Of a stretch of 64,000 bases of DNA, positions 35,530 to 44,970 are shown one piece after another (the stretch's first letter is position 1; the number at the start of each line of letters is the position of its first letter). The notes below the pieces were generated by a model that saw only the letters and a list, made by a program, of their open reading frames with translations, ran no database searches and was not told the DNA's origin. The stretch is from the NCBI GenBank assembly GCA_028686985.1, contig JAQUBA010000001.1, forward strand, positions 81,194 to 145,193, read 5' to 3'. The position numbers were made by a program, and so were the translations under genes. The DNA is from Candidatus Iainarchaeum sp. (lineage in GTDB: Archaea > Micrarchaeota > Micrarchaeia > Anstonellales > Bilamarchaeaceae).

Positions 35530-35604
35530 ACGGGCCCGGTGGGATTTGAACCCACGACCTACATCTTAGGAGGATGCCGCGCTATCCAGGCTGCGCTACG
35601 GGCC
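35530..35604 (-). tRNA. tRNA-Arg (anticodon CCU)
   Basis: Reverse complement GGGCCCGTAGCGCAGCCTGGATAGCGCGGCATCCTCCTAAGATGTAGGTCGTGGGTTCAAATCCCACCGGGCCCG folds as a cloverleaf. Anticodon loop CTCCTAA; T-loop TTCAAAT. Confidence 0.9.
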
Positions 35605-35691
35605 CTAATAAGCATAAGTATAGGTGCTGCAAGAGTTTAAAATCGTTCCCAGCGCCGGAGCATTTTTATCCCATGCCGCCCAAATACGCAC

Positions 35692-36153
35692 GTGGCGGGC
35701 AATAAGCTCATTTACGCGATGGCGGCATGCGGCGTATTGGCAGCCGCATTCCTACTCCTCACAAACGATTCCCACCCCGGAAAGGAGGAAATCACGTTCA
35801 CGAACGGCCGGGGGCAGGCAGTCCCGGTCTATGTGGAAGTCGCTGACGACATGGATGAGCTGGGGCGGGGCCTGATGTTTCGGGAATCCCTCCCGGAGGA
35901 CGAGGGGATGCTTTTCGTGTTCCCGCGCCCGGGGAATTATGCATTCTGGATGAAGGACACGCTGGTTCCGCTGGACGCAATCTACATGGACGAGAACAGC
36001 ACGGTGGTTGGCATAGTCCAGATGGAGCCCTGCATTGCGGACCCGTGCCCCGCGTATGCCCCGGATTCCGAGGCCCTCTACGTATTAGAGGTAAATAAGG
36101 GATTCAGCGAGAGGCACGGGATAGAACTCGGCAGCAGGATGACGCTTAAATAA
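35692..36153 (+). CDS. DUF192-family protein with N-terminal signal/anchor
   Basis: GMLFVFPRPGNYAFWMKDTLVPLDAIYMD...LEVNKG. GTG start. Confidence 0.7.
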   Translation: MAGNKLIYAMAACGVLAAAFLLLTNDSHPGKEEITFTNGRGQAVPVYVEVADDMDELGRGLMFRESLPEDEGMLFVFPRPGNYAFWMKDTLVPLDAIYMDENSTVVGIVQMEPCIADPCPAYAPDSEALYVLEVNKGFSERHGIELGSRMTLK

Positions 36154-36186
36154 CCATTACCCGTTATGCTATAAGAAGGCCTTATT

Positions 36187-36957
36187 ATGCTGGTTGAGCT
36201 TGCGAAGGCGTTGGAGGAAAGCGTCCAGGAATCTCTAGAGGACAGGCCAGGCATTGCCTTCTCCGGAGGGCTGGATTCTACTCTAATCGCGCATGTAGCC
36301 AAGAAATACTCCTCCCCGGAGCTCTTCACCGTGGGCACGGAAAGGTGCGAGGACCTCCAGTACGCGGAAGTTCTCGCCCCTAAGATGGGAATCCCCCTCC
36401 GCACAAACGTCCTGAACCAGAATGAAATAATGGAGCTATACAAAACAGCATACTCAATTTTCCCCGGCGACTTCCTAAAAGTGGAATTGCTCGTCCCCCT
36501 CTGCGCGGCGGGAGAGATGGCGCAGAAAGAAGGGATAGAGGTGATGCTTTTCGGCTCCGGCGCAGAGGAACTGTTCGTTGGATACGAGCGCTACTACACT
36601 TATGCGGAAGAGGGCGGAGACCTGGAAAAGCTCCTGAAGGAAGAGTACTCCACCCTCAAGAACAGGGAAATAAAGATGATAAAGAAGGCGATGCGCAAAT
36701 ATGACATAGAAGCGAGATTCCCCTTCTATAATCCTGAATTGGAAAAGATTGCCTTCTCCATCCCACTCCAGCAGAAGATGGAGGACAAGAATTTGAAGAA
36801 GTGCGTATTGCGCGAAGCGGCCAAGTTTTTGGGAGTCCCGGAACTGGCAGTAAAGAGGAAAAAGAAGGCTCTCCAGTACGGGAGCGGAATCCACAACGTC
36901 CTCCTCAAGAACTCCGAATACTTATCCGGAATATTCCCGCAGAAGAATGCGGATTAG
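36187..36957 (+). CDS. Stand-alone asparagine-synthase C-terminal-domain (PP-loop ATP pyrophosphatase) protein
   Basis: IAFSGGLDSTLIAHVA (PP-loop), FGSGAEELFVGYERY, ARFPFYNPEL, ALQYGSGI. Confidence 0.75.
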   Translation: MLVELAKALEESVQESLEDRPGIAFSGGLDSTLIAHVAKKYSSPELFTVGTERCEDLQYAEVLAPKMGIPLRTNVLNQNEIMELYKTAYSIFPGDFLKVELLVPLCAAGEMAQKEGIEVMLFGSGAEELFVGYERYYTYAEEGGDLEKLLKEEYSTLKNREIKMIKKAMRKYDIEARFPFYNPELEKIAFSIPLQQKMEDKNLKKCVLREAAKFLGVPELAVKRKKKALQYGSGIHNVLLKNSEYLSGIFPQKNAD

Positions 36958-39224
36958 GCGGTCCTTGAGGCAATCTCCGCCTGGTACTGCTCCTTGAATA
37001 TCAAATCAAGCTTTGCCTGCGCATCCTTGTAGTCCACGCTTCCGTTCTCCTGCTCAATGTCCGCAAGCATCCTGTTCGTGGCGGTGTTCAGCTTGACGAT
37101 GAAATCTATGTCCCTGAGCAATTTGTCGTTCGTGTCCATGCTCGCCTTGTACGCCTTGTAGTACATCTTGCCTTTGAGGAACGCCTGCAGTATGTACTGC
37201 TCCGGCGGAATGCCGCTCTCGTCGCTCCTGCGCACGAGGACAGGGGGGATGAACTGCAAATCAAGGTGCCCCTGCAATTTGCCCATGTCCACCTTGTCAA
37301 AGTCCCAGAGCAATGCCTCAGGGTTCTTGATGAATTTCGGCTCCACATTGCAGTTCTCTATGTCCGGGCCGCGCCTGTACTTGAACACCTCCACAAATTG
37401 CCTGTTCGCCGGGTCGCTCTCATACTCGTATCCGAGCACCCTATACACGCGCCCCTTCCTCCCAAAGCGCAACTTCTTCAGGAACGTATACCTATCCGTG
37501 GCGAACATGGATGCGGAAGGAATCCCGAACACCAGTTCCAGCCTGTCCTGCACGTCTTTCAGCGATTCCGCGTGCAGGTTGTACAGCAGGAACACCCCGG
37601 GTTGCGTGTTCAGGAGATTAATCACCCCCTGCACCGCGCTGCGCGACCTAATCTCGTTTATCACAAGCGCCGCGTCGCCCATCCTCAGAAGCGCGTTCGC
37701 CATCTGCACCAAATCCAGCTCGCCCGTGGGCTTGTAAGTGGGCCCCTCGTCTATCCCAGCCTTCACCTTTGCCGCGCCTATGTGGAAGCCCCTTTTCCTA
37801 AAGGCACCAACCGGAATTTCCTGGATGTCCTGGATTGGGATAATCCTCTTTTTCGTCCCGATAGCGATTATTTTCGCTGCGGTAAACGCGGTCTTTCCCA
37901 CACCCTTCAGTCCGAGAACCGCCTCGCTGCAACCGAGGCTCACCATCGTGTCATCATAGCCCGCGAAGAACGGGTTGAAAGAGCGGAAAAAGAGATACTG
38001 CGCATATGTGAAGGGCGCCTCCTGCATTATCCTCAACGCGCCCACAAGCGGCCCGAAGGTCGCGGGCGGCCTCTGGAGGTGCGTCCTCATTGAGTGCCTC
38101 TTCACGACCACGTCCACCACGGGGTTCATGTCATCAAATTTACGCCCCTTCTCCGAGAGCACGATGTTCCTGAAGGCACGTTCCAGGAGTGGCCGGCTGT
38201 ACCTGTACAGAGTATGGCAAATCCCGAACCTGGCATGCTCTATATAGAGGGGGGAGTTTTCCGAGTCAATGTATATGTCCGTAATGTTCTCGCTGTCCAG
38301 CGCGAGGTTCTCTATGGGAGAGCCCAGCCCGACAATCCAGTTCGCGACCTCCCTGCCCATTATGAGCGCCTGGTGCGGCGTAATCTCCACCCCGTTCTTG
38401 ATTGCCTCATCCATGAAGTGCTGCCTGTACTCGCGCGTCTTCAACTGGTATAAAATATCAAACTGCTCCTCCGGGAAGCTCTCCTTCATCTGCGCCTCTA
38501 TCAGGCCCTTCATCATCGCCTTGAGTTCCGCGGGCAGCTCGTTTATCCCTTTGTTCTCCTGCACGTAGATGTACGCCTCGCCCCCGGGAATCTCATACAG
38601 CTGTGAGGATACCCCGTACCTCAAATCATACCTCGCCTCAGGCGCATCAACCGGCTTCGCGTTCGCAGGTATCTCAAGCAATAGTGATGAAACGAAGCCC
38701 ATGCTCCGGAGCCCCAGAAGCGAGAGGAAAGCAGCACGCAAATCCCCAGCCTCCTTAGTGAGCGCGAACAATCGCGTGTCCACGAAGCTCTTGAGTATGC
38801 CGTTTATCCATGCGCGGAACGTGTGCTGCCCCTTCGTGAACACCGCGCGCTCGGCAGCCGGCTCTTTGTACTCCCGCAGCACCCTCTCCGCCATGAGCGG
38901 GTTCATGAACATGAACTCGTAGAACTTGCGGAGCGCCTCCCTCCTTTTCGTGTAATTCTCGTCCTGCTCCAGCCCGTAGACCTCCCTGTTCAGGAGCAGC
39001 CCCTCTATCTGCTTTATCACGCCCGCGTATTCGGTGAGTATCTCGGTCTTGTCTTCGTCCAATTCAACAATGATTTCCTCCTCGTAACGGAGCGTCTTTA
39101 TCGGCTCCTCCATGCTGGACAAATCCTTGAGGTGAAAGTTCAGGAATTCGGCGGATGCGAACTCAAAAGGGCATTTTGACATGTCCACTATGCCGCGGGT
39201 ACCTTCGAGGACGATGTTGCACAT
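36954..39224 (-). CDS. Large type II/IV secretion-family ATPase (VirB11/GspE/FlaI-like) with an N-terminal region of about 330 aa of unknown function
   Basis: Walker A GLKGVGKTAF; ALVINEIRSRSAVQGVINLL...FLLYNLHAES (Asp/His-box-like). The track ORF extends to 39845, but that part is antisense to the DRG gene. ATG 39224 (or 39182) sits about 25 nt from a shared TATA box. Confidence 0.7.
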   Translation of the reverse strand: MCNIVLEGTRGIVDMSKCPFEFASAEFLNFHLKDLSSMEEPIKTLRYEEEIIVELDEDKTEILTEYAGVIKQIEGLLLNREVYGLEQDENYTKRREALRKFYEFMFMNPLMAERVLREYKEPAAERAVFTKGQHTFRAWINGILKSFVDTRLFALTKEAGDLRAAFLSLLGLRSMGFVSSLLLEIPANAKPVDAPEARYDLRYGVSSQLYEIPGGEAYIYVQENKGINELPAELKAMMKGLIEAQMKESFPEEQFDILYQLKTREYRQHFMDEAIKNGVEITPHQALIMGREVANWIVGLGSPIENLALDSENITDIYIDSENSPLYIEHARFGICHTLYRYSRPLLERAFRNIVLSEKGRKFDDMNPVVDVVVKRHSMRTHLQRPPATFGPLVGALRIMQEAPFTYAQYLFFRSFNPFFAGYDDTMVSLGCSEAVLGLKGVGKTAFTAAKIIAIGTKKRIIPIQDIQEIPVGAFRKRGFHIGAAKVKAGIDEGPTYKPTGELDLVQMANALLRMGDAALVINEIRSRSAVQGVINLLNTQPGVFLLYNLHAESLKDVQDRLELVFGIPSASMFATDRYTFLKKLRFGRKGRVYRVLGYEYESDPANRQFVEVFKYRRGPDIENCNVEPKFIKNPEALLWDFDKVDMGKLQGHLDLQFIPPVLVRRSDESGIPPEQYILQAFLKGKMYYKAYKASMDTNDKLLRDIDFIVKLNTATNRMLADIEQENGSVDYKDAQAKLDLIFKEQYQAEIASRTA

Positions 39225-39245
39225 GCGTTTGGAATGGGAGAGGAG

Positions 39246-39255
39246 AATTAAAACC
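39246..39255. promoter_or_regulatory. Shared (bidirectional) TATA-like box AATTAAAACC between the divergent ATPase and DRG genes
   Basis: Only a 51-nt intergenic region. The box lies about 25 nt from ATG 39276 (+) and about 25 nt from ATG 39224 (-). Confidence 0.45.
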
Positions 39256-39275
39256 TTATCCCCGATATTCACACG

Positions 39276-40361
39276 ATGGGCGTGGACGAGAAGATAAAAG
39301 CGCTGGAGGACGAAGTCCGCAACACCAAGCGGCACAAGGGCACCGAGCACCACATCGGGCTCCTCCTCGCGAAGATAGCCCGCCTCAAGCGAGAGCGCGT
39401 CAGCCAGGCGATAAAGCGCTCCTCCGTAAGCGGGGGCGGCTTTGACATACGCAAGGAGGGGGACGCCACCGTCGTCATGGTCGGGTTCCCGAGCGTGGGC
39501 AAGTCCACCCTCATAACCAAAATCACGAATGCGAAGTCCAAGGTGGCCGCATACGAATTCACCACGCTTGAGTGCATCCCCGGAATACTTGAATACGGGG
39601 GCGCCAGCATCCAGATGCTGGATTTGCCCGGCATCATAGCCGGCGCGCAGGAGGGGAAGGGCAGGGGCAGGGAAATCCTTTCCGTGGCGAGGAAGGCGGA
39701 TTTGATACTCATACTCCTTGAGTCCGGCAGCCCCCAGCATTACGAAGTGATAGCAAGGGAGCTGAGCGAGGTGGGCATCCGGCTTGACGGCCACCCCCCG
39801 CGCATAAGCGTGAAGAAAGGGATAAAGGGGGGCATAAGGATGCACTCCGCGGTGAAGCTCACCCGCCTAAGCCCGCAAGCAATCATCTCCATACTCAACG
39901 AATACGGGTACCACAACGGCGACATCACGTTCGGGGACGACTACACGGCGGACGACCTCATAGACGTGCTGGAAGGCAACCGAGTCTATTCCAAATCCCT
40001 CGTCGTAGTGAACAAGGTGGACCTGACCGGAGGGGTGCCGCCCGGCTTCCCGCCAGGCGCGGTAGGGATTTCCGCGGACAGGGGCGCGGGGATGGAGGAG
40101 CTCAAGAAGGCCATCTACGAAAAACTGGGCTTCATGAAAATCTACACCAAGCCCCGCGCGGGGGAGGTGAAGTGGAACGAGCCGATGATAATGCGGAAGG
40201 GCGCGACGGTAGAGGACATGTGCAGGAAGCTCCCCAAGGGCTTCCTCAAGGATTTCAAATACGCGCTGATATGGGGAAAGAGCGCAAAATTCCAGGGCCA
40301 GAGGGTCGGCCCGGACCACGTGCTCCAGGACGGGGACGTCGTGTACGTTGTGAAGAAGTGA
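39276..40361 (+). CDS. Developmentally regulated GTP-binding protein (DRG, Obg family) with TGS domain
   Basis: GFPSVGKSTLITKIT (G1), DLPGII (G3), NKVD (G4), C-terminal TGS-like DGDVVYVV. Confidence 0.85.
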   Translation: MGVDEKIKALEDEVRNTKRHKGTEHHIGLLLAKIARLKRERVSQAIKRSSVSGGGFDIRKEGDATVVMVGFPSVGKSTLITKITNAKSKVAAYEFTTLECIPGILEYGGASIQMLDLPGIIAGAQEGKGRGREILSVARKADLILILLESGSPQHYEVIARELSEVGIRLDGHPPRISVKKGIKGGIRMHSAVKLTRLSPQAIISILNEYGYHNGDITFGDDYTADDLIDVLEGNRVYSKSLVVVNKVDLTGGVPPGFPPGAVGISADRGAGMEELKKAIYEKLGFMKIYTKPRAGEVKWNEPMIMRKGATVEDMCRKLPKGFLKDFKYALIWGKSAKFQGQRVGPDHVLQDGDVVYVVKK

Positions 40362-40365
40362 GTTT

Positions 40366-40632
40366 ATGCCTACTGCGGACGATATAAAAAAAGTCATAGA
40401 ATGGTGCGAGGGGAGGAAGAAGGAGAAGAAGCTGGTCTCCTTCGTGGAGAGGAACGAGCTGAGGGAGAAAATCCCCTGGACGTACAGGTTCCCCCTCATA
40501 GAGGTGGACCGCCCCACCGAGGCCGCCAACAAGACCAGCCTCGTCTATGATTCAACCACCAGAACCCTTTACCAGTATTACATGGGCGAATGGAGGAAGG
40601 TGGAGCCGGAGTTCCAAATCAGGATAAAGTGA
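40366..40632 (+). CDS. Hypothetical 88-aa protein
   Basis: ORF 4 nt after the DRG stop, host-like codon usage, no recognisable family. Confidence 0.45.
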   Translation: MPTADDIKKVIEWCEGRKKEKKLVSFVERNELREKIPWTYRFPLIEVDRPTEAANKTSLVYDSTTRTLYQYYMGEWRKVEPEFQIRIK

Positions 40633-40673
40633 ACGTATATAAATGTGGGCGGAGCAAATTATGCGGTGTTGGG

Positions 40674-40907
40674 ATGGCGTCACGGGAACAGGGAACCCGG
40701 CAAACTTCTGTTCATGATACTTTGAGGAATATAGAGGAACGGATAGAGCAGGGCAGGGTGAAATATTCCGAAGTCCCGTACAGGCGGGTGGAGGAGCTGC
40801 CCACCGTTACAATAGACAGGAGATCCCAGCAGGTGGCGGACAGGCTGGGGCTGCTTCTTGACCAGTGCGTGGAAAAGAAGAGCGCCGCGCCGCTAGGGAA
40901 GTGGTGA
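40674..40907 (+). CDS. Hypothetical 77-aa protein
   Basis: ATG is about 30 nt downstream of TATATAAA (40636..40643). The internal start is preferred over the track start at 40590. Confidence 0.45.
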   Translation: MASREQGTRQTSVHDTLRNIEERIEQGRVKYSEVPYRRVEELPTVTIDRRSQQVADRLGLLLDQCVEKKSAAPLGKW

Positions 40908-40911
40908 TGGG

Positions 40912-41253
40912 ATGGGGGTCTTTGACAACGTTGATGAGCAAACGAAGGCCAGGCTGGTTCGCGTATGGGACGGGATGAACGAGCTGGACCGGGACTTTTT
41001 CGTTGACCAGGTCGCGCTCTCGCTCAGCATCTGGGGGAGCGACGAGGCAGGAAGGGGGCTTGTCGCAAAGGTGCTCTCAAGGATGATGGAGGACAGCTCG
41101 CGCAACCTCTCTGATTTCGGCCTGTACGTGGATACGGTCATCGGAGAGGCGGGCAGCAGGCACGAGAAGGTGAAGAAGGCCGGCCTCATAATAGACGATT
41201 ACCGGCTGAGGAATGCGCTCTCTTCCGTGCCGCATAAGGAGATAGGCCTCTAA
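40912..41253 (+). CDS. Hypothetical 113-aa protein
   Basis: ORF 4 nt after the previous stop; no recognisable family. Confidence 0.45.
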   Translation: MGVFDNVDEQTKARLVRVWDGMNELDRDFFVDQVALSLSIWGSDEAGRGLVAKVLSRMMEDSSRNLSDFGLYVDTVIGEAGSRHEKVKKAGLIIDDYRLRNALSSVPHKEIGL

Positions 41254-42851
41254 TCCCTTTTTTTCCTTTTCAGCGCCGCCTTCAATAATCCTATAAATAG
41301 GGGTGCCGGCGCCTCCAACCTGCTCTTCAGCTCGGGATGCGCCTGTGTCCCAATCCCGAACCCGCCCTTCCATTCGCACATCTCCACTATGCTGTTTTTG
41401 GGTGAGACGCCGGAGATCACCAACCCGCCTTCCCCCAGTTTCGCCGCATAATTCGGATTGACCTCATACCTGTGCCTGTGCCTCTCGCTTATGTTCTTCC
41501 CCCCATAAAGCTCAAACGCCTTCGTCCCCTCCTTCAGGATGCACGGATAAGCCCCGAGGCGCATCGTCGCGCCCTTCTCGATTATGCTAACCTGCTCAGG
41601 CAGTATGTCAATGACCGGGTGCGGCGTCTCCTTCTCCATCTCCGTGGAGTTCGCGCCCTTTAATCCGCATACATTCCTTGCGTATTCCACCACCATCAAT
41701 TGCATCCCCAGGCACAATCCGAGATAAGGCACCCCGTTCTCCCGGCAGTGCTGGATGGCCTTTATCTTCCCCTCCGTGCCCCTCTTCCCGAACCCGCCGG
41801 GCACTATCACCGCATCATACTTTTCCAGTTCCTTCGCCCCCTTCTCCTCAATGTCCGTGGATTCCACGAAATCCATCCGAACATGCGCGCCCACCACCGC
41901 GCCGGAATGCACCAGCGCCTCCTTTATGCTCACGTACGCATCGCTCACCGAGGTGTATTTGCCAACCACCCCGACGCGCAGCTCCACGGTCGGCTTCAGT
42001 ATCCTCCCCACTAGCCGTTCCCAGTTGCTCTCCTCCACAGCCCCCTTCCTCAGCTCCAGCCTGTTCGCAAGCACTTCGTACAGGTTCTGCTTCTCCAGCA
42101 TCTCGGGCAATTGGTATACCGTCTGCACGAACGGGTCGTCCAGCACGTTCTCCATCGGGACGTTGCAGTATAAGCTTATCTTCTCCCGTGATTCTTTTGT
42201 GAGCGGCTCGTCGCCCCTGCATATGACTATCTCCGGCCTTACCCCCATGCTCTGTATCAGCCGGTTCGCGTGCTGCGTGGGCTTCGTTTTCAGCTCCCCT
42301 TTCCCCAGCGTGGGCACAAATGTGAGCTGTATGAAAAGCAAATCCTTCCCCAGCCCGTACCCCAGTTGCCTCATCGCCTCTATGAAGTACCCGTTCTCCA
42401 GGTCCCCGACCGTTCCGCCAACCTCTATGAGCACTATGTCCGCCTTCTCCTCCTCCGCGACGCACTTCACCCAGCATTTTATCTCGTCCGTGAGATGCGG
42501 GACGAACTGCACGTCCCTCCCCAAAAAGTCCCCCCTCCTTTCCTTCTCTATTATCCGCTTGAACAGCTTGCCCCCCGTGATGCTGGACTTTCCGGTCAAG
42601 GACTGGTTCAGGAACCTCTCATACGTCCCGAAGTCCATGTCCACCTCCGAGCCGTCGTCCAATACGAAGACCTCCCCGTGCCTGAAGGGGTTCATCGTGC
42701 CGCAGTCCACGTTAAGGTACCCGTCAAATTTGATGGGGAGCACCTTGTAGCCCCTTTTCTTCAGGAGGCGCGCAATAGAAGAAGACAATATGCCTTTCCC
42801 GAGGCCGGACATTATTGAACCCATGACAACAATAAATTTCGTACGTGCCAT
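41250..42851 (-). CDS. pyrG: CTP synthase
   Basis: KFIVVMGSIMSGLGKGILSSSI..., GLCLGMQLMVVE (GATase Cys), HRHRYEVN. Confidence 0.95.
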   Translation of the reverse strand: MARTKFIVVMGSIMSGLGKGILSSSIARLLKKRGYKVLPIKFDGYLNVDCGTMNPFRHGEVFVLDDGSEVDMDFGTYERFLNQSLTGKSSITGGKLFKRIIEKERRGDFLGRDVQFVPHLTDEIKCWVKCVAEEEKADIVLIEVGGTVGDLENGYFIEAMRQLGYGLGKDLLFIQLTFVPTLGKGELKTKPTQHANRLIQSMGVRPEIVICRGDEPLTKESREKISLYCNVPMENVLDDPFVQTVYQLPEMLEKQNLYEVLANRLELRKGAVEESNWERLVGRILKPTVELRVGVVGKYTSVSDAYVSIKEALVHSGAVVGAHVRMDFVESTDIEEKGAKELEKYDAVIVPGGFGKRGTEGKIKAIQHCRENGVPYLGLCLGMQLMVVEYARNVCGLKGANSTEMEKETPHPVIDILPEQVSIIEKGATMRLGAYPCILKEGTKAFELYGGKNISERHRHRYEVNPNYAAKLGEGGLVISGVSPKNSIVEMCEWKGGFGIGTQAHPELKSRLEAPAPLFIGLLKAALKRKKRD

Positions 42852-42959
42852 AGGTATATGTAATATATTTTACCTTTTTAAATCATTTTCGGTCTTTCGC
42901 GTGCTGCCGTCGCTGGGAGAGATGGGGAAAAGCGCGTTTCGCACCGGCACGCCCCCGGG

Positions 42960-43814
42960 CTAGAACACAAGGAACAGCTGGTTCCCGAAGAACAGCGAAA
43001 TTATCAGCCCCATGAGCAGGAAGGGGAGGAAGGGCGGGAGGTTGGCATAAACCCAGACGGATTTCGTGCCGCTCTTCCTAAGCGCGTCTATGTCCCGTTG
43101 GTTCAGCACCGGGCCCATTTTCATCCTTTTCATGTGCACGTCCATCTTCTCCTGCACGACAACGTCCTCCGGCTCCAGGTCCTTCACGAACACCTGCTCC
43201 ATCGTCGCCTCCATAATCGCGTCCCTAAAGACCAGGAATATGATGGATGAGAGCAGCAGCACCGAGGCGATCGCGAAATACGCCATGGAGAAGAATGGCG
43301 CATTGATGAACAAATACACGAACAGCCCATACACCAGCAGCAGCGAGAGGTAAAGGTAATTCGGCTTCGCCTTCGTCTTTTTCCTCGCCATTATCCCGGC
43401 GAAGAAGAATATTGAATATACGGCGAAAGCCGCGCCCCCGAAAATCAATACGGAGAAGATGAACGGGTAATTGAACGGCACCTCAAGGTATGAAGGGCTT
43501 ATCGGGAGCAGCAGCACCAGGGCAGCCACCATTATCACGTCCGCGCCGCCTATCTGCCCCAGCCGGTACAGTGCGAACCCCGCCACGAGCAGCAGGAAGG
43601 CGAGCACCACCGCATACACGAAAACGTCATAGTCAAAGAACGCCATGTTGAAGATAAATGCGAGCGCAAGGAACCCGTAGAGCAGCATCTCAGGCACGTT
43701 CCGGTTGTTGAACAAATCGTAATAGGAGGCGACCGCCATCCCCAGGACCGCGAGGAAAATCCTGGCGGTTTCCATGGGCATCTGCATCGGCGAAAACAGG
43801 AGCCATTCAAGCAT
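42960..43814 (-). CDS. A24-family prepilin/preflagellin peptidase (FlaK/PibD-like)
   Basis: Polytopic. ASYYDLFNNRNVP (first Asp) and IGGADVIMVAAL (GxGD-type second Asp). Confidence 0.7.
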   Translation of the reverse strand: MLEWLLFSPMQMPMETARIFLAVLGMAVASYYDLFNNRNVPEMLLYGFLALAFIFNMAFFDYDVFVYAVVLAFLLLVAGFALYRLGQIGGADVIMVAALVLLLPISPSYLEVPFNYPFIFSVLIFGGAAFAVYSIFFFAGIMARKKTKAKPNYLYLSLLLVYGLFVYLFINAPFFSMAYFAIASVLLLSSIIFLVFRDAIMEATMEQVFVKDLEPEDVVVQEKMDVHMKRMKMGPVLNQRDIDALRKSGTKSVWVYANLPPFLPFLLMGLIISLFFGNQLFLVF

Positions 43815-43844
43815 GCTTCCCCTTCTTCCCCAATGTTTTAATCT

Positions 43845-44942
43845 TTATCCTAAAACCAAATCCAAAAATTCATCCTCTATTTTGACAACCGCCAACTTCC
43901 TGCATGCGCACCCTTTTCCCAGAAGGGAAGCAAAGGAAGGCAACGTCCGCCCCCCATCCCCGCTAATCAATTCCTTTATGTAGGTGCCCGCATCCGCGAG
44001 TATGTCCGCGGAAACAAGTTCCCCATCCATTTTTGCATCCACCACTTCCGCGTGCCTCTCCCTCACCTTGTCCGCCCTCCTGTGCATAACCCTATTGGGC
44101 GTTTGTTGTTTCAGCATCTCGGAAAAGCCACTTATCCGTTCCAAATCCTCCTTCGTGGCTCCGCCCTCCACCTCAATCCACGCCCGGTATGTTTTCGGGA
44201 AATGGGAATCCGCGACCAATTCCACATCGCCCCTCCCAACCTTCTTCAAATCCGAAACCTCCACCTCCCCCCCAGCCGCAATTTCTTGTGCAACCTCAGC
44301 AAGGTTCGGCTTCCGGGATTCCGGATTAGTTATCTCCAGCACAAACGGCCTGCCGGCCGTATTAACCACATCCACGTCCTCTCTCCCGGATGCGTGCATG
44401 CAGAAGGAGCCCTTTGTCCTTTTCACAAACGGCTCCCCGATAATCTCCTCAACGGAGCGGTACATCCTTCCTTCCCCTCCGCAACGCTCACACCCTCTTC
44501 CGCCGCATTTCCTGCAATCCCATTTGGTCTGCGAGAGCCCTTCCTTCAATTTCCTGTAGCGCCCGAAGAACAGGAGCGGCTCAACCTCTCTCCGCGCCGT
44601 AAAAGACCTAAAATCAAACATTATCCTCCCGTCCCCTCCGGAAGGTTCGTACTTACGCCCGGAAATGGACGCAACCTTCCCGGAAAAATACCTGTTAGCA
44701 AATGTCTTGATGCTCTCTCCAGGCGAATAATCAAATGCCTTCTCCTCTGCGGCCAGAACTCCGCGCGGAATAGTGGTGGAAACAGAGAAGGAGTCCCAGT
44801 CCCCGCCAACAAGAAGGGCCCCTCTCTCCGCAAGCCCGCCCATCTTCGCCATCTTTCCGCCGCAGATTGAGCACTCGCCCAAAGGAAAAGGTTTCTCAAA
44901 GCGGGATGCACACTCCTTGCAGAGCGTAATCATGTGAACCAA
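43845..44942 (-). CDS. pus10: tRNA pseudouridine(54/55) synthase Pus10
   Basis: N-terminal Zn ribbon CKEC...CSICGG, CRKCGGRGCERCGG, HASGREDVDV catalytic block, C-terminal YIKELISGDGGRT. Confidence 0.8.
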   Translation of the reverse strand: MVHMITLCKECASRFEKPFPLGECSICGGKMAKMGGLAERGALLVGGDWDSFSVSTTIPRGVLAAEEKAFDYSPGESIKTFANRYFSGKVASISGRKYEPSGGDGRIMFDFRSFTARREVEPLLFFGRYRKLKEGLSQTKWDCRKCGGRGCERCGGEGRMYRSVEEIIGEPFVKRTKGSFCMHASGREDVDVVNTAGRPFVLEITNPESRKPNLAEVAQEIAAGGEVEVSDLKKVGRGDVELVADSHFPKTYRAWIEVEGGATKEDLERISGFSEMLKQQTPNRVMHRRADKVRERHAEVVDAKMDGELVSADILADAGTYIKELISGDGGRTLPSFASLLGKGCACRKLAVVKIEDEFLDLVLG

Positions 44943-44970
44943 ACCTCCGCATACATCGCTCCGGTTTGGT

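Noticed and set aside
39225-39845. The N-terminal extension of about 207 aa on the secretion-ATPase ORF (track start 39845). The same applies to upstream extensions of other ORFs: 62101 for dtdA, 62891 for the membrane protein, 28936 for trm56, 46602 for thiolase, 47629 for HMGCS, 4616, 15267, 24545, 26574, 50227, 60383 and 63913.
   Set aside because: The extensions overlap divergent or adjacent genes or a tRNA, and they translate to junk-like sequence. In each case an internal ATG sits at the expected distance from a TATA box or from the upstream stop.
42890-42955. An imperfect hairpin (GCGTGCTGCCG ... CGGCACGC) between the prepilin peptidase and pyrG genes, considered as a possible riboswitch or ncRNA.
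   Set aside because: It is more simply explained as the 3' end or terminator region of the peptidase gene. On the minus strand it is followed by CTTTTCCCC and then the pyrG TATA box. I recognised no conserved ncRNA motif.
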